DNA of 64,000 nt from Macrostomum lignano (GCA_002269645.1 NIVC01003828.1:1-64000), one strand, 5' to 3'. Shown: positions 11,265 to 29,556, numbered from the stretch's first letter. The notes: a model not told the origin generated them from the letters alone. Numbers and translations are program-made.

Positions 11265-14193
11265 TCATTGTCACATTTTTTAGTGCATACATAGAACAAA
11301 ATTGGTTGGGCTTAGCCATTTTTCCCATAGGCCTCATCTATCACATTGGCCTAGGCCTACTTAATCATAGGCATTGGCCTAGATACAACTAGAACTTTAT
11401 TTAGACAACTCATTTTTAATTTTAAGTATATAATATTTTTTTGTTTTAATTTTTTTCCCAATTTCCTAGATTTCTTAATCAAAATCCCAATTTCTTTAAT
11501 AGGGCCTATTCACAGACAGGAATAGGCATATATATATATTTATAATGTTTGCAATATATTTTGTTCTAGGAATCTCAGCCTTACTGCCTTAGCCTATATT
11601 AGGCTGTCCAGTGAGATTTTAAAAGTTATTTTTATTTTAATAGTAGGGGCCTATACTTGAAAAATATAATAGAAGGCATTAATAGTATTTCAAAAGGGCG
11701 GCAATGGCCTCATTTATATAGGCCCCCTAAAACTAATTGAATAATAAAAAAGTTATAAAGATTTGAGTGATAAGTTTTTGTATATTTTCAATGGAAAAAT
11801 ACATGCATATATAAAAATGCATTTTTTGCAAAACTTAAAATTTCTATATTCAAATGCATTAAGCCTAGGCTGTACTAAATGATTTTTTAAATAAATGTAT
11901 TGACTAGGCCTATTGGTTTTAATGTTATTTGAAAGATTTTTTTCTATGTAATGAAATTAGAATCAAATTAATCAATCTAATATTAGCAAGTTTTGTCAAT
12001 TTATATATAGTTTAATCACTTTTTGCCTTATCCTTTCCTTCTGATAGTTGGTTTTATTGCTTCCTAGTTGCATTTGATGATTTCTTAGACTAGTAGTTCA
12101 AATATGATCTTTATTGTAATTGTAGCAGTATTGATTGAGTCTTACATATCTTCTCTTATGATAAGTCTAACTATAATGATTAACTAAATGGCTAGAAAAT
12201 TGCCACAGAGAATATTTTTATATGGTATCTCAAAACAAAAAATGTAAAAAATGGCATAGTAAAATAAAATAATGTCTTCTGAGCCCTTAAATTATATCCT
12301 AAAGTTATGCATAAGGTAAGATTTCATACCTTGTCTCTAGTAAAAATAGGCCTACTTGCCTAATGGTGACTATAGTGATAGATTTTAGAGATTTTAGAGC
12401 ACCTAATTTAATTTACTATAATAATATTAATTGTATACTAAATCACAAAACCTTACCAGCCATTCTATGCTTATCTAAAAGGTTGTTATAGAAAAGATTT
12501 TTGGTTAAATAAATAGACAAACATAGTATAGCAAATATTCATTTAATAATATTATTGATAGAGATATCATTTATATTTGCAACAATTATGTCATTTTGTA
12601 ATATTGCTACAAAAAATTCTAGAATAATGAATATAAAGATTTGACTATCTAAAAAAACAAACTGTGTCTATAAAGATAGCATGGTAAAATTCAATATAGC
12701 TATGGCTAGAGATGTTGATTAAAAATAATTCTTGTATGCTATAATTTTTTATTATTCTTATATTAAAAATCAATTTAATACTTTAAGTCTAGTCTTACTT
12801 GAATTGGCTTTGTAAAAAGCCTAGCAAAAGAAACAATACAATAATGATTTGGTATCTAGCATTTAGCAATAAGACAATTCTTATAAAGTTCAAAATTTCA
12901 AAAAATCCTATAACTTGAACTTAAAGTATATAAAATACTTCCAATTTTCTAATTATTTCAATACTTTTCAATACTTATGCAGTTTTCAACCTTGTAATTT
13001 AGGCTAAAAGTACTAGTTTATTATAAATATTCTTTAGGAATTTAATTGGTTTGATTTTGGTAAGTTGCTGCTACCAGGTTTCCTAATATTTCTTAATCCT
13101 AATATTTAGCAGATAAAGAAGTAAGACAAGACACCAATATAGATTTTAATTTGTTAAAGCAAAATATAATTAAATGTCAATATAAAAAAGTGCTCTATAT
13201 TTAATTGTCTTAGTTGTTTTTATTTCTACTATGCATTGGGCAAGATTCCCAGTTTAGTCAAGGCAAGACTCTTATGCAATATTAGCTATTTGTCTATATT
13301 GGTCACTTATTTTCCTTACCTTGATACTTTTTGGTTGAACTTTCCTAAGACAAAAAGATAGCAAATGGATGTTTTCTTAAGAGCTCAGCTGCTTTTTATT
13401 TTTAAATAATCCTGTATAACCCCAACTATTTACTAATATTTATGCAACTGAAAACTACTGTCGGTAGTGTAAAAGCAAATATTATCCCTTCCTAAATTAT
13501 GCCCTACTATATTTTCAATAAGCCAATTAATATTAAGAAGACAATGCCTTCCCAAAAGTATTCAATTGCCCTCCTTGCTTCTCTCATAGCTTTGCTCTAG
13601 CCATACCTGCCTAGGTCTATTATTGAATTCTCTTTGAGATTTAGACCCACAAAATTGTTTGTTGCAGCATTGTACTAGGCTAGGATAGAAGAGAACAAGC
13701 ATATGCAAGTGTGCAGATACAAATGCTAACATGTATTCATATACTTATTCATGTGTTTATGTTGCATGTAAGTAATTTTTAGTCGCTATTCTAGGTATAA
13801 TTCTATTTTACTATTTTTTCTTAAAAATTGGCCTCTAAAGATGACACAATCTTTGAGTTTTTTATGTTCTATTATACTAGTACTAATATCCACAATATTC
13901 TAGCTTATTTTGTTATTATTGTACAATCGAGGCAGCTTACATTATTACTTGTAATAATTAATGAAAGGCTTAGGGAAAAAAGATTATTATACACCTTAAA
14001 GATTCCAGAATATCAAACGACTCATCCAATTGAGTTTCTTGTATGCAATCCAGGTGTCTTATTTAACGTTTCCTTCTAAATCTTTTAAAAAATTTACTGA
14101 CCAGCCTACTTACGCTAGAGAAGTAGTCATTAAGAAAAATAGCAATTATTGATACTTTTGAAACCCTATTTCTAAACTGTCTTTGTTCATTGC

Positions 14194-17100
14194 ATGTCTT
14201 CTTTTTGCGCCAGCGAAGAAGATGACAGTAGCGGCGCCGCCGCCGCCGTCGACACTGAAGCCACTCCAGCCGTTGCCATAGCAACCTCAGTATTGAGTCC
14301 CAATAGTACCGGGGCCTCATTTCACACGGCTACGTCTCCTGATGGCGGCGGCATGGCGGGCATCGGCGAGGAGCAGCTGGTGTACTCCGATGACGACGTG
14401 GCAGGCGAAGATCAGGACAGAGGCAGCAGCGCCGCCGACAATCTCGACATTCACGCCGACATGTCGGACGACGAGCTGAACAGTTCCAAGGGTCGGGCCG
14501 CTGCTAAGGAGGCGGTGGGTATTGTGGTCGAGTTTTGATTTGGAATCCCAGTTTCCATTGCTTCATTTTCTTCCGAGTCGGTTAGCTCCAATCCCCAGGG
14601 GGCACAGTTAAAAGTCAAGGTCCGCTGTGCACCCTGTGTGAGCGTGTGGAATGTGCGTGGCTGCTGGCTTGATCAATGATTTGTGACAGCGCTAAATGCC
14701 TCTCTTCAAACTTTATAATTCATACCATAGCAATTATAATCCCAAGCCATGGCAACAAGTATCCCCCGTCCCATAGCGACAAGACATCCCATGGCAACAA
14801 GGATCCCATTCCATAGCAACAAGACACCCAGTCCCATAGCAACAAGGATCCCATCCCATAGCAACAAGGATCCCCATGCCATAGCAACAGGGTATCCAAT
14901 TCCATGGCAACAAGGATCCCATTCCATAGCAACAAGACACCCAGTCCCATAGCAACAAGGTATCCAATTCCATGGCAACGATTATCCCAATCTTTAACAA
15001 CAAAAAATCCTATCCCATGAAAAATGTTTCCCAATGTCAAATGATTAATTTTACGTTCGGTTTCTATAGTGCATCTGTCATCCAGTATCTTTATAACCTA
15101 CTATGTTTGAAGCTTCCTAGTACATGTTTAATCCTGCCTCAGTCAATTAATAAAATTAATTAATTCCAGGGACATCAGAGCAGAGGCGAGAAGCGCTCAT
15201 CAGCTGCAGCTAAATCAGTATCCACAACCGCATGTTCAAAGTCTGACAGTCCTACTAGGAATAAGATCGCTTCTCAAAAAGGGGAGGGCGAAGACGGTGA
15301 ACCTCCTGCTAAGAAAACCGAAATCGATGTAGCTGGTGAGAAATATTTTATACTATTTTATTTCAATGTACGCAGAGCCCCCCCCACTCCCGGCAATGTA
15401 CGTACAGCCCCACCTCACTTCCCGCAATGTACACACAGCCCCACCTCACTTACCGCAATGTACACACAGCCCCACCTCACTTACCGCAATTTACACACAG
15501 CCCCACCTCACTTCCCGCAGTGTACACACAGCCCCACCTCACTTCCCGCAATTTACACAGCCCCACCTCACTTCCCGCAATGTACGCACGGCCCCACCCC
15601 GTCCCGCCCACTCTGCCGTCGATAGAAGTCCGACAACGTAAACCGCGACAGCGTCGAGGCGCATGGGGCTTGAAGAAGCAGTCGCAGCAGCAGACACAGC
15701 AGAGCAATGGTAGCGCAGCGTCGGCCACCGCTGCAAATGCCGCAACTCCTCTGCCTCTGATCACATCGAAAGTTTTGGACGTGAGTTTGAATTGTTGCAT
15801 AGTTACTACTAATGCCTTCCCGCCTTTCGTTAGTTTAGCCTGAACTATTCGTTTTAGACACTCAGTTGCTGGGCCAGCCTCCCAGATCCTCAGTTGCTGG
15901 GCCAGCCTCCCAGATCCTCAGTTGCTGGGCCAGCCTCCCAGATCCTCAGTTGCTGAGCCAGCCTCCCAGCTCCTCAGTTGCTGGGCCAGCCTCTCAGAGT
16001 GTCAGTTACTGCGCCAGCCTCCTAGATCCTCAGTTACTGGGCCAGCCTCCCAGCTCCTCAGTTACTGCGCCAGCCTTCCAGCTCCTCAGTTACTGCGCCA
16101 ACCTCCCAGCTCCTCAGTTGCTGGGAGAGCCTCCCAGAGTGTCAGTTACTGCGCCAGCCTCCCAGCTCCTCAGTTGCTGGGAAAGCCTCCCCGATCCTCA
16201 GTTACTGCGCCAGCCATCCAGCTCCTCAGTTACTGCGCCAGCCTCCCAGATCTTCAGTCCTCAGTTACTGCGCCAGCCTCCCAGATCTTCAGTCCTCAGT
16301 TGCTATACCAGCCTCCCAGCTCCTCAGTTACTGGTCCAGTCTCCCAGAGTGTCATTTGCTAGGCCAGCCTCCCAGATCCTCAGCTGCTTACTGCATCCCA
16401 TACTACAGAAGCTGCTCCCAGACTGCAGAGCTGAGCTCAAAGCCCGGCTTCGGAACGGTCGACCAGCCAGCGTCGACGGTGCCGGCTCCGACACCCTGGC
16501 GGCGACGGCCACCAACGGCGAGAGTCATGACCTCGGCAATGGAGATCTGGAGGAAGGCGAAGTGTACGACGCCAACCAGCAGCTGCTGAGCCTGCGTCGG
16601 CGTCAACGCGATGCTTCGAGATCGCCGTCTCAGAAACGTCAGGTGATTCGTCGAACTAAAGTGGTGGACTATCAGGTTGACGAGCCGATTCGAGTGGGTC
16701 CGACTCGAGATTCGGAGAATAAGGAGACCGAGGTGAGGATGCGTGTCGATTGTTTGAACTTTGACCTTTACAGTTCATTAAACAGTTAAAATAGAGAATT
16801 TTTAGACTAAACAGCCGAAAAAAAGCAATTTATTTATGTGTACTACTTACTAAGTAGCTTAAAAAGGCCTTTATTTACTGTGTTCTTTCTGCAGAATAGT
16901 TTTTTTTTAAAATTGTTCAGGCAATTTCACAGAAGAATCATTGATTGGAGGCAATTTTCCCAAAGGAATCGTTAATGGGGAGGGAAGATTTTTTCAGAAG
17001 AATCATTGATTGATTTGGGGCGATTTTTCCAGAGGAATTATTTATGGGGAGTTGGCGATTTTCTCAGGAAATCATTGATAGAGGGTGATTTTCCCAGAGG

Positions 17101-20022
17101 AATCGTTGATGTGGGAGGGGCGATTTTCACAGAGGAATCATTGATTTGGGGTGATTTTTCCAAAGGAATCATAAATTGGACGATTTTATAATTTTTTTTC
17201 TACCTACTTAAGGCAGAGATTTTCGCTCTGAAATCGTTGGTGAGAGAGGCAGTTTTTCCTAGAGAAATCCATCAGAGGCAATTTTCTTCAATTGCATCGC
17301 TGCCCCCTCCCTCATTTCAGGTGCTGAAGGTGACCGGCCTAGTCAGGCCATTCACGCCCCAGCAGCTGCGTGAACTGCTGACTCGCTATGGCCAGCTCAA
17401 ATCTCCAGACCCGCCGTCTGCAGCGGCGACAACGTCTGAGACGGCATCGGCTGATGCTGCAAACCCCTCTGATGCAGACGATGACAAAACTGCAGCTGCC
17501 AATAACAGTACGGATAAGCCTGTCCAGCCTGATCCTGTCTGGCTAGACCGAATCAAAACTCGCTGCTACGCTCATTTCAATTCTATTGAAGAGGCTAAAA
17601 AAGTACGCGAAGCCCTAGACAATTGTCGTTGGCCTAAGGGTAATTCGCGCGCTTTGAAAGTCGATTTCGCTTGCCAGTCTGAGATGGACTGGGCGAGGCA
17701 GCACGGCGACACGGCGCAGTCGGTGCCAAGGCGGCTGTTGAAGGCGTCCAGACTTGGTGAGGATGCGCTCAAAGCTGATGAGGCTGATCAGGTTGGCGCT
17801 GCTAATGATCGCGACGTTAGCGATGATGAGGTGGTCGAGATTGAGGACAGCAGCAGCGAGGACGCCAGAGAGCCTCGGCGGAGGCGGAAATCTTCAACTA
17901 ATTCGGCTAGCGACAAGAAGGCTGAAAGTGAGTGCTGTCATAACCCTCCCTGACCTCAGTTTGGTGTCATAACCCCTCCCTGACCTCAGTTTGGTGTCAT
18001 AACCCCTCCCTGACCTCAGTTTGGTGTCATAACCCCTCCCTGACCTCAGTTTGGTGTCAACCCCTCCCTGACCTCAGTTTGGTGTCATAACCCCTCCCTG
18101 ACCTCAGTTTGGTGTCAACCCCTCCCTAACCTCAGTTTGGTGTCATAACCCCTCCCTGACCTCAGTTTGGTGTCATAACCCCTCCCTGACCTCAGTTTAG
18201 TGTCATAACCCCTCCCTGACCTCAGTTTGGTGTCATAACCCCTCCCTGACCTCAGTTTGGTGTCAACCCCTCCCTGACCTCAGTTGGGTGTCATAACCCC
18301 TCCCTGACCTCAGTTTGGTGTCATAACCCCTCCCTGACCTCAGTTTGGTGTCATAACCCCTCCCTGACCTCAGTTTGGTGTCATAACCCCTCCCTGACCT
18401 CAGTTTAGTGTCAACCCCTCCCTGACCTCAGTTTGGTGTCATAACCCCTCCCTGACCTCAGTTTGGTGTCAACCCCTCCCTGACCTCAGTTTAGTGTCAT
18501 AACCCCTCCCTGACCTCAGTTTGGTGTCATAACCCCTCCCTGACCTCAGTTTGGTGTCATAACCCCTCCCTGACCTCAGTTTAGTGTCAACCCCTCTCTG
18601 ACCTTTTTCTATTACTTCTACGTCAAGCAGGTTCCCTAGCCCCATTCTTAGAGCCGAGCCTAGTATAAGCTGTATCACGTGACTAATTACCTCTCACCAT
18701 GCCTGTTTATCAACAGAAGACGCTGAGCCGGGCACGCTTCTCGATCAGCTGTTTCGTAAAACCTGCACCACTCCGTTCATTTACTGGATGCCGCTGAACG
18801 ACGAACAGGTGAGAGTGAACAGTTTTTATTTGTGTTCTTGCTTGTCATCCTTCTGCTGCCTATAAATAACAATTCCTACTCCCATTAGAAATCTTTAAGC
18901 CTCATTAGAATCCTTAATTTCCATTTAAATCCTTAATCGGATTAGAAATCCCTAATCACTATAAGATATCCTTAATCCCCCTTAAAAATCCTTAATCTCC
19001 ATTAGAAATCATAAATCCTCATTAGAGATCCCTAATCGCAATTAGAAATCCTTAATCCTCATTAGAGATACCTAATCCCCATTAAGAAATCATAAATCCT
19101 CATTAGAGATCCCTAATCGCAATTAAAAATCCTTAATCCTCATTAGAGATACCTAATCCCCATTAGAAATCATAAATCCTCATTAGAGATCCCTAATCGC
19201 AATTAGAAATCCTTAATCCTCATTAGAGATACCTAATCCCCATTAGAAATCATAAATCCTCATTAGAGATCCCTAATCGCAATTAGAAATCCTTAATCCT
19301 CATTAGAGATCCCTAATCCCCGTTAGAAAATTTAAATCCTCATTGAGATCTCTAATCCCCATTAGAAATTATCCTCATTAGAGATCTCTAATCCCCATTA
19401 GAAATTCTTAATCCTCATTACCGGTCCCTAATCCCCTTTAGAAATCATAAATCCTCATTAGAAGTCCCTAATCCTCAATAGAAATCCCTAATCCCCGTTA
19501 GAGATCCCTAATCCTGATTTGAAACTTCATAATCCTCATTCGAATTCCTTAATTTCCTTATTCCCTTGTAGAAAATCTTCTTTCCCATTAGCAAACCTCA
19601 TGTTACTTTGTTCAGCGCTTTTTAAGCTTTAATAATTCTTATTAGATAAAATCATTTCCAAGCGGTAGAATATTAGGCATTATCTGGAACTAGAAAAAAA
19701 TTTTCTGTCATTTTACCCCTAGAAGCAAAACTTGCCACGTGCCCAACAGATTTTTAAGAGTGCCTCTGGTCCTAGCAAACAAAAGCAACTCCTAGCAACT
19801 CCGAATTGTGCATGTTCTATATTTAGCTTCTGAAAAGAGAAAATACCAAGGGCTATGTTATAACGCCAACTTTTGGGGTACAATTCTTGGACCCTGGATG
19901 GACCCCTTTGAGGACAGCTGGGGACAGTCACCTGATTGTCACTATTTATTTCGCCGGTATCATGGTTTCGTTGAACATGCGTATAGTTGGTGTTAATCAC
20001 GTGATTGTGCTTAATACTGCCC

Positions 20023-20053
<31 letters not shown>

Positions 20054-22376
20054 GGTCCAGGGTCGGCTAAGATGCGGCTGCCTTAAGCATCATCGGTTTT
20101 TTTTAATTTCATGTTATTATTTCGTCAGTGTCTAAAAATATCTTTTTTTCAGAAATGAATTACGAAAATGCCAATATATAAAATCTAATCAAATCAGATC
20201 AGAAGCTTTGTCTATGGTAGCGAGGTGCTTTTGTCATGCTGAAAATCCTCCATACGCTGCCTGCGTAGTCTATGGGCCTTAGTCTAAGTTGTCTATGGCT
20301 TTTTATCGCTTTGCCTGGCTTTTGCAGTCTATGGCCCATAGACTATTCTCAGTTAGGCTTTCAAAAGCTAAAGTACAGTCCTTAATTAAAAGCTCCACAG
20401 AACCCCCCTTTTTGGGCCATAGACACTAAAAAGCAAGCCTTCAAATAGCTTAATTTCTGCCCCGCTTAAATTAAAGTTTTTTTACCCTGGATTCTTCTAG
20501 CGTGTCTATAAAAAGAAATTATATTTTTGTTTTAACACGACTGCAGCTCGTGTGATTTCTTCTGTATCTAAACTGGGTGTAGTACAGCTGGCTGAGTAAA
20601 TTATGCTTTCCCTTTAAGTCTGCTTGCACTGGGCACTAAATGAGTCATAATACTTCATTGTTGCCGTCTATGAAGGACGTGCTTGTTTGCTTCAGATGCT
20701 TTTCAATTTTATTTTACGCAAAGTCGTAAGACTGAAGTGTGGCGTCAGTTCCTAAAATATATCAGCTTCTTTTTGTTGCAGAAATTCCTCTTTTAAATTA
20801 CAAGAAGAAATTATACTGCTTATAAAATGCGATATTCTCTACTCCGTTACTCCTGATTCTTAAATCTTAGCCCTTCCCATTCCCAAATCGGAAATCCCCA
20901 GATTCCCCATTCAGAAATCCCCAAATTCCCCATTCAGAAATACCCAAATTCCCCTTTCAGAAACACCCAAATTCCCCATTCAAAAATACCAAAATTTCCT
21001 ATTTAGAAATACCCAAATTTCCTATTTAGAAATACCCAAATTCCCCATTCAGAAATACCCAAATTCCCCATTCAGAAATACCCAAATTCCCCATTCAGAA
21101 ATCCCCAAATTTCCTATTTAGAAATACCCAAATTCCCCATTCAGAAATCCCCAAATTTCCTATTTAGAAATACCCAAATTCCCAATTCAGAAATACCCAA
21201 ATTCCCCATTCAGAAATACCCAAATTCCCCATTCAGAAATACCCAAATTCCCCATTCAGAAATACCCAAATTCCCCATTCAGAAATACCCAAATTCCCCA
21301 TTCAGAAATCCCCAAATTTCCTATTTAGAAATACCCAAATTCCCCATTCAGAAATCCCCAAATTTCCTATTTAGAAATACCCAAATTCCCAATTCAGAAA
21401 TACCCAAATTCCCCATTCAGAAATACCCAAATTCCCCATTCAGAAATACCCAAATTCCCAATTCAGAAATACCCAAATTCCCCATTCAGAAATACCCAAA
21501 TTCCCCATTCAGAAATCCCCAAATTTCCTATTTAGAAATACCCAAATTCCCCATTCAGAAATCCCCAAATTTCCCATTCAGAAATCCCAAAATTCCCTAT
21601 TTAGAAATACCCAAATTCCCCATTCAGAAATACCAAAATTCCCCATTCAGAAATCCCCAAATTTCCCATTCAGAAATCCCCAAATTTCCCATTCAGAAAT
21701 CCCAAAATTCCCTATTTAGAAATACCCAAATTCCCCATTCAGAAATCCCCAAATTTCCCATTTAGAAATACCCAAATTCCCCATTCAGAAATCCCCAAAT
21801 TTCCCATTCAGAAATCCCAAAATTCCCTATTTAGAAATACCCAAATTCCCCATTCAGAAACACCCAAATTCCCCATTCAGAAATACCCAAATTCCCCATT
21901 CAAAAATACCCAAATTTCCCATTCAGAAATCCCAAAATTCCCCATTTAGAAATACCCAAATTCCCCATTCAGAAATACCCTAATTTCCCATTCAGAAATA
22001 CCCAAATTCCCCATTCAAAAATACCCAAATTTCCCATTCAGAAATCCCAAAATTCCCTAATCAAAAATCCCAAAATTCCCAATTTAGAAATAACAAAATT
22101 CCTAATTCAGAAATCCCCAAATCTTTCAATCGAAAATGCCTAAATTCACTTTTCAAATCCCAATCGAATCTCCAGGTGAAGAATCGCCAACGCCAATCGA
22201 AAGAAGCCGACAACGCTGCCGGATCTGCGGCGGCGGCGCCAACTGGCCAGCGGCGCTATACCCGGCTTAACTTGGGCGCCGGCGCCGGCGGCAACGCCGC
22301 GGGCAGACGCGGCCGCACCAGCCGAAGCCGCAGTCGAGGAGGCGATCGAGACCGCGACAGGCGGAACCGTCGCTAA
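14194..22376 (+). CDS. ACIN1: Acinus (ACIN1, ASAP/EJC-associated RRM + RSB protein). Exons 14194-14514, 15170-15335, 15626-15780, 16409-16732, 17321-17927, 18717-18808, 22176-22376 (1866 nt, 621 aa). 5' end uncertain: an acceptor at 14213 is also plausible
   Basis: All six introns are GT-AG with matching phases (0,1,0,0,1,0). Motifs: RKPRQRRGAWG; ITSKVLD|KLLP; RRM VLKVTGLVRPFTPQQLRELL..WLDRIKTRCY..WPKGNSRALKVDF; RSB motif LLDQLFRKTCTTPFIYWMPLNDEQ; RS/RD-rich tail. Confidence 0.9.
14740..14990. repeat. ~22-23-bp minisatellite containing CCAT(A/G)GCAAC (RFX half-site-like), Acinus intron 1
   Basis: About 11 units such as CCATAGCAACAAGGATCCCATC. Confidence 0.85.
15366..15592. repeat. 31-bp minisatellite CACACAGCCCCACCTCACTTCCCGCAATGTA, Acinus intron 2
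   Basis: About 7 tandem copies. Confidence 0.92.
15861..16390. repeat. 28-bp minisatellite CTCAGTTGCTGGGCCAGCCTCCCAGATC family, Acinus intron 3
   Basis: First units are identical to the array at 8088; later units diverge. Confidence 0.93.
16900..17275. repeat. Degenerate ~33-bp minisatellite (TTTTC(C/A)CAGAGGAATC(A/G)TTGAT..GG), Acinus intron 4
   Basis: Recurrent GAATCATTGAT/GAATCGTTGAT cores. Confidence 0.8.
17935..18603. repeat. 30-bp minisatellite GTGTCATAACCCCTCCCTGACCTCAGTTTG, Acinus intron 5
   Basis: About 22 near-identical copies starting a few nt after the donor. Confidence 0.96.
18885..19560. repeat. 20-bp minisatellite with ~80-bp higher-order structure (CCTAATCCCCATTAGAAATC variants)
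   Basis: Four variant 20-mers recur in fixed order over ~19010-19320. Confidence 0.85.
20870..22140. repeat. 23-bp minisatellite TTCCCCATTCAGAAATACCCAAA, Acinus intron 6
   Basis: About 55 copies, ending just upstream of the last acceptor. Confidence 0.96.
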
Positions 22377-23189
22377 AAAAGATGGGATATGAGTCATAAA
22401 TAATGCTTTAGTAATAAAATATGCAGTCTCGTTGGGTAGTAGTAATTTTTATAAATAGAATCTTGGCCTAGTTGTTGTTTTATTACTTTGAACCCAACTA
22501 AATGTACTTTTGGTATCAGTTTAAGGCACAATGATTTTTGTTTGGGGAATTTTTTGTCCCTATAGTAGCCCTTTCGTATGCCCTACCATGTTATCCTATG
22601 ACCTTAAATATCCTCAACTTATCCCATTAATTCTCAATTCATCCCATTAATACCCATTTTATCCCTATGATCCTCAACTTATCCCTATGATCCTGAATTT
22701 ATCCCAATAATTCTCTATTCCTTTATATCCTTTAGCCTCTCTTAAGCTGCGTTTACTAAGATTTGATTGATACTTACAGAGGCTTAAGTAAGTTGTGCGT
22801 TCATTTTTGTACTTTTAATTAAATCCGTAGTTGCTGGGCTTGGGTGTCTTTTTCCTAAATGTATAGGTATGGTAACTAATAACTAATCTAAGCATTCTTA
22901 TTCTACTACACTGCTATGCAAGTTTCAAAATTTAGTTTTTTTGCATTCATCTTTGCCTGCTGTTGTATTTTTATAATACGTAACTGCTATTCCTGAAAAT
23001 AATTAAAAATATCGTTTCTATCTGTATAAATTAATGTTCTAATCCGTTATTTATTAATATCAATTAACTTGGCGTCTTAGTTATTAGTTTGCATCTTGAA
23101 TAAAAATATCGCTTTTTAATGGCTAGGTAGATTAGTAAGTTAAGCCGTTATAAATCCCAAAACTAAAATATTCCAACTCTCGATTGTGC

Positions 23190-23490
23190 TCCTTTATCCC
23201 TAATCCCAGCATTATATAATATCCCTAATCCCTACACTGTAATATCTATAATCCCAACTTTATGTTCTCCCTAATCCCAACACTGTAATATCCCTAATCC
23301 CAACACTGTAATATCCCTAATCCCAACACTGTAATATCCCTAATCCCAACACTATTATATCCCTAATCCCAACACTGTAATATCAATAATCCCAACACTG
23401 TAATATCCCTAATCCCAACACTATTATATCCCTAATCCCAACACTGTAATATCCCTAATCCCAAATTTATGTTCTCCCTAATCCCAACAC
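23190..23490. repeat. 23-bp minisatellite CACTGTAATATCCCTAATCCCAA
   Basis: About 12 tandem copies. Confidence 0.9.
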
Positions 23491-24678
23491 TCAAGATCAT
23501 CGCTTATCAGAAGTGCATTAATTACGTTTTCATTTGCTCTCATTTTTTATTCTTCAAAATGTAATACTTTGGTCGGGAAATCGTTGAACTTGCGTAAGTC
23601 CTAAATCTGCTTGCAACTTCAAAATTTATTTAAAAACTATTTGTAGCAGACAGTCATCTTTTGTATGTATTGTTTGTTTGAAATACTAGCATATGTATGC
23701 TTGTGTAGCCCGCTGAGCTTACACTAATCCGATCGTTTATATAGTTGTGGTAAAACAGCCCTGCAAAGCAGCAACCATTGTATTTGCATTCGTGTACCAA
23801 TTAATATTTGTTGAAAAAACCTACTAAATTTGAAACATAAGAAACAGTCGCCGCTGCCGTATATAATTATATACGATTCACGTGAATTGTAGACCCTGTG
23901 ACGTAATGAATCAGTATGACTTCTGTTTGCCTTAATTATTTTCACTTGACTAGTAGTACTAATGTAGTATAATTATTAGAAATTATTTGTGTCAATATAT
24001 AACAAAAATGGCTAAGTTTTGTATTATCATTATCAGGTCATAGAATCAGTAAATGAAATATATTGAAAACCTGTTTTAGTTTTCTGTTTACATATAACGT
24101 ACGCACGTTGCCTAGGTGTAGATAGATAACTTAACCATTGGAATGCCTTTGTACAGTTAGTTCAGTTAGTGTTGAGTTGCGGCCAAGGAATCTCTGCCCT
24201 GGAACACATTTCCCCACCCATTAGTTAAACAAATAGAGCGGCCCAAACCAGGAGGCTTTCGTTGGAGGGGTGTAGGTTTTATGGGCCTCGCGTATGGGGG
24301 GAGAGAAATAAAACAAGTTCAATGTACATTTGCGGGTGTGTACATTCCCGATACCTCTTCACTCTTCTGTCCTAATTTTTCCGGAAAACCCACGGGAAAT
24401 CCAATTTCTGACTGGCAGTGAAGAGATTATATTATAAAACGCATGAAACTGCAGAGAAAAGCACAGCACTGTAATAAAACATTTGAAACCTTGATTAGAA
24501 AATCCTTCCTACATCGTTCCCGTCTAATTGGTAATAATTTCAGCCGCCGATAAGCCGCTGTAACAAATCAACCAGAAAGAAATCTATTAAAGACCGGTTC
24601 AACGTTTCCGCTTTTAGACTGCAGTCTCTAAGGAGACTGTCTAAAATAATTTTGACGCGACTTTCGAATCCAAGCGAG

Positions 24679-29494
<4,816 letters not shown>

Positions 29495-29556
29495 GGGGAC
29501 CGGCTGTTCCTTTGCTGATGCTTTTACTGTAGGAGTCATTTTCAGGGGACTTGGTC

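Noticed and set aside
11300-13800. AT-rich stretch with recurrent AGGCCT/CTAG as a Helitron
   Set aside because: No defined 5' TC end, 3' hairpin-CTRR end or RepHel coding remnant could be pinned down.
15866-16408. N-terminal part of the 307-aa ORF as Acinus coding sequence
   Set aside because: It is the 28-bp intronic repeat. The real exon starts at the CAG acceptor at 16408/16409, giving ITSKVLD|KLLP.
24200-24420. Forkhead-, NF-kB- and STAT-like short motifs upstream of GADD45
   Set aside because: Short, imperfect single matches expected by chance.
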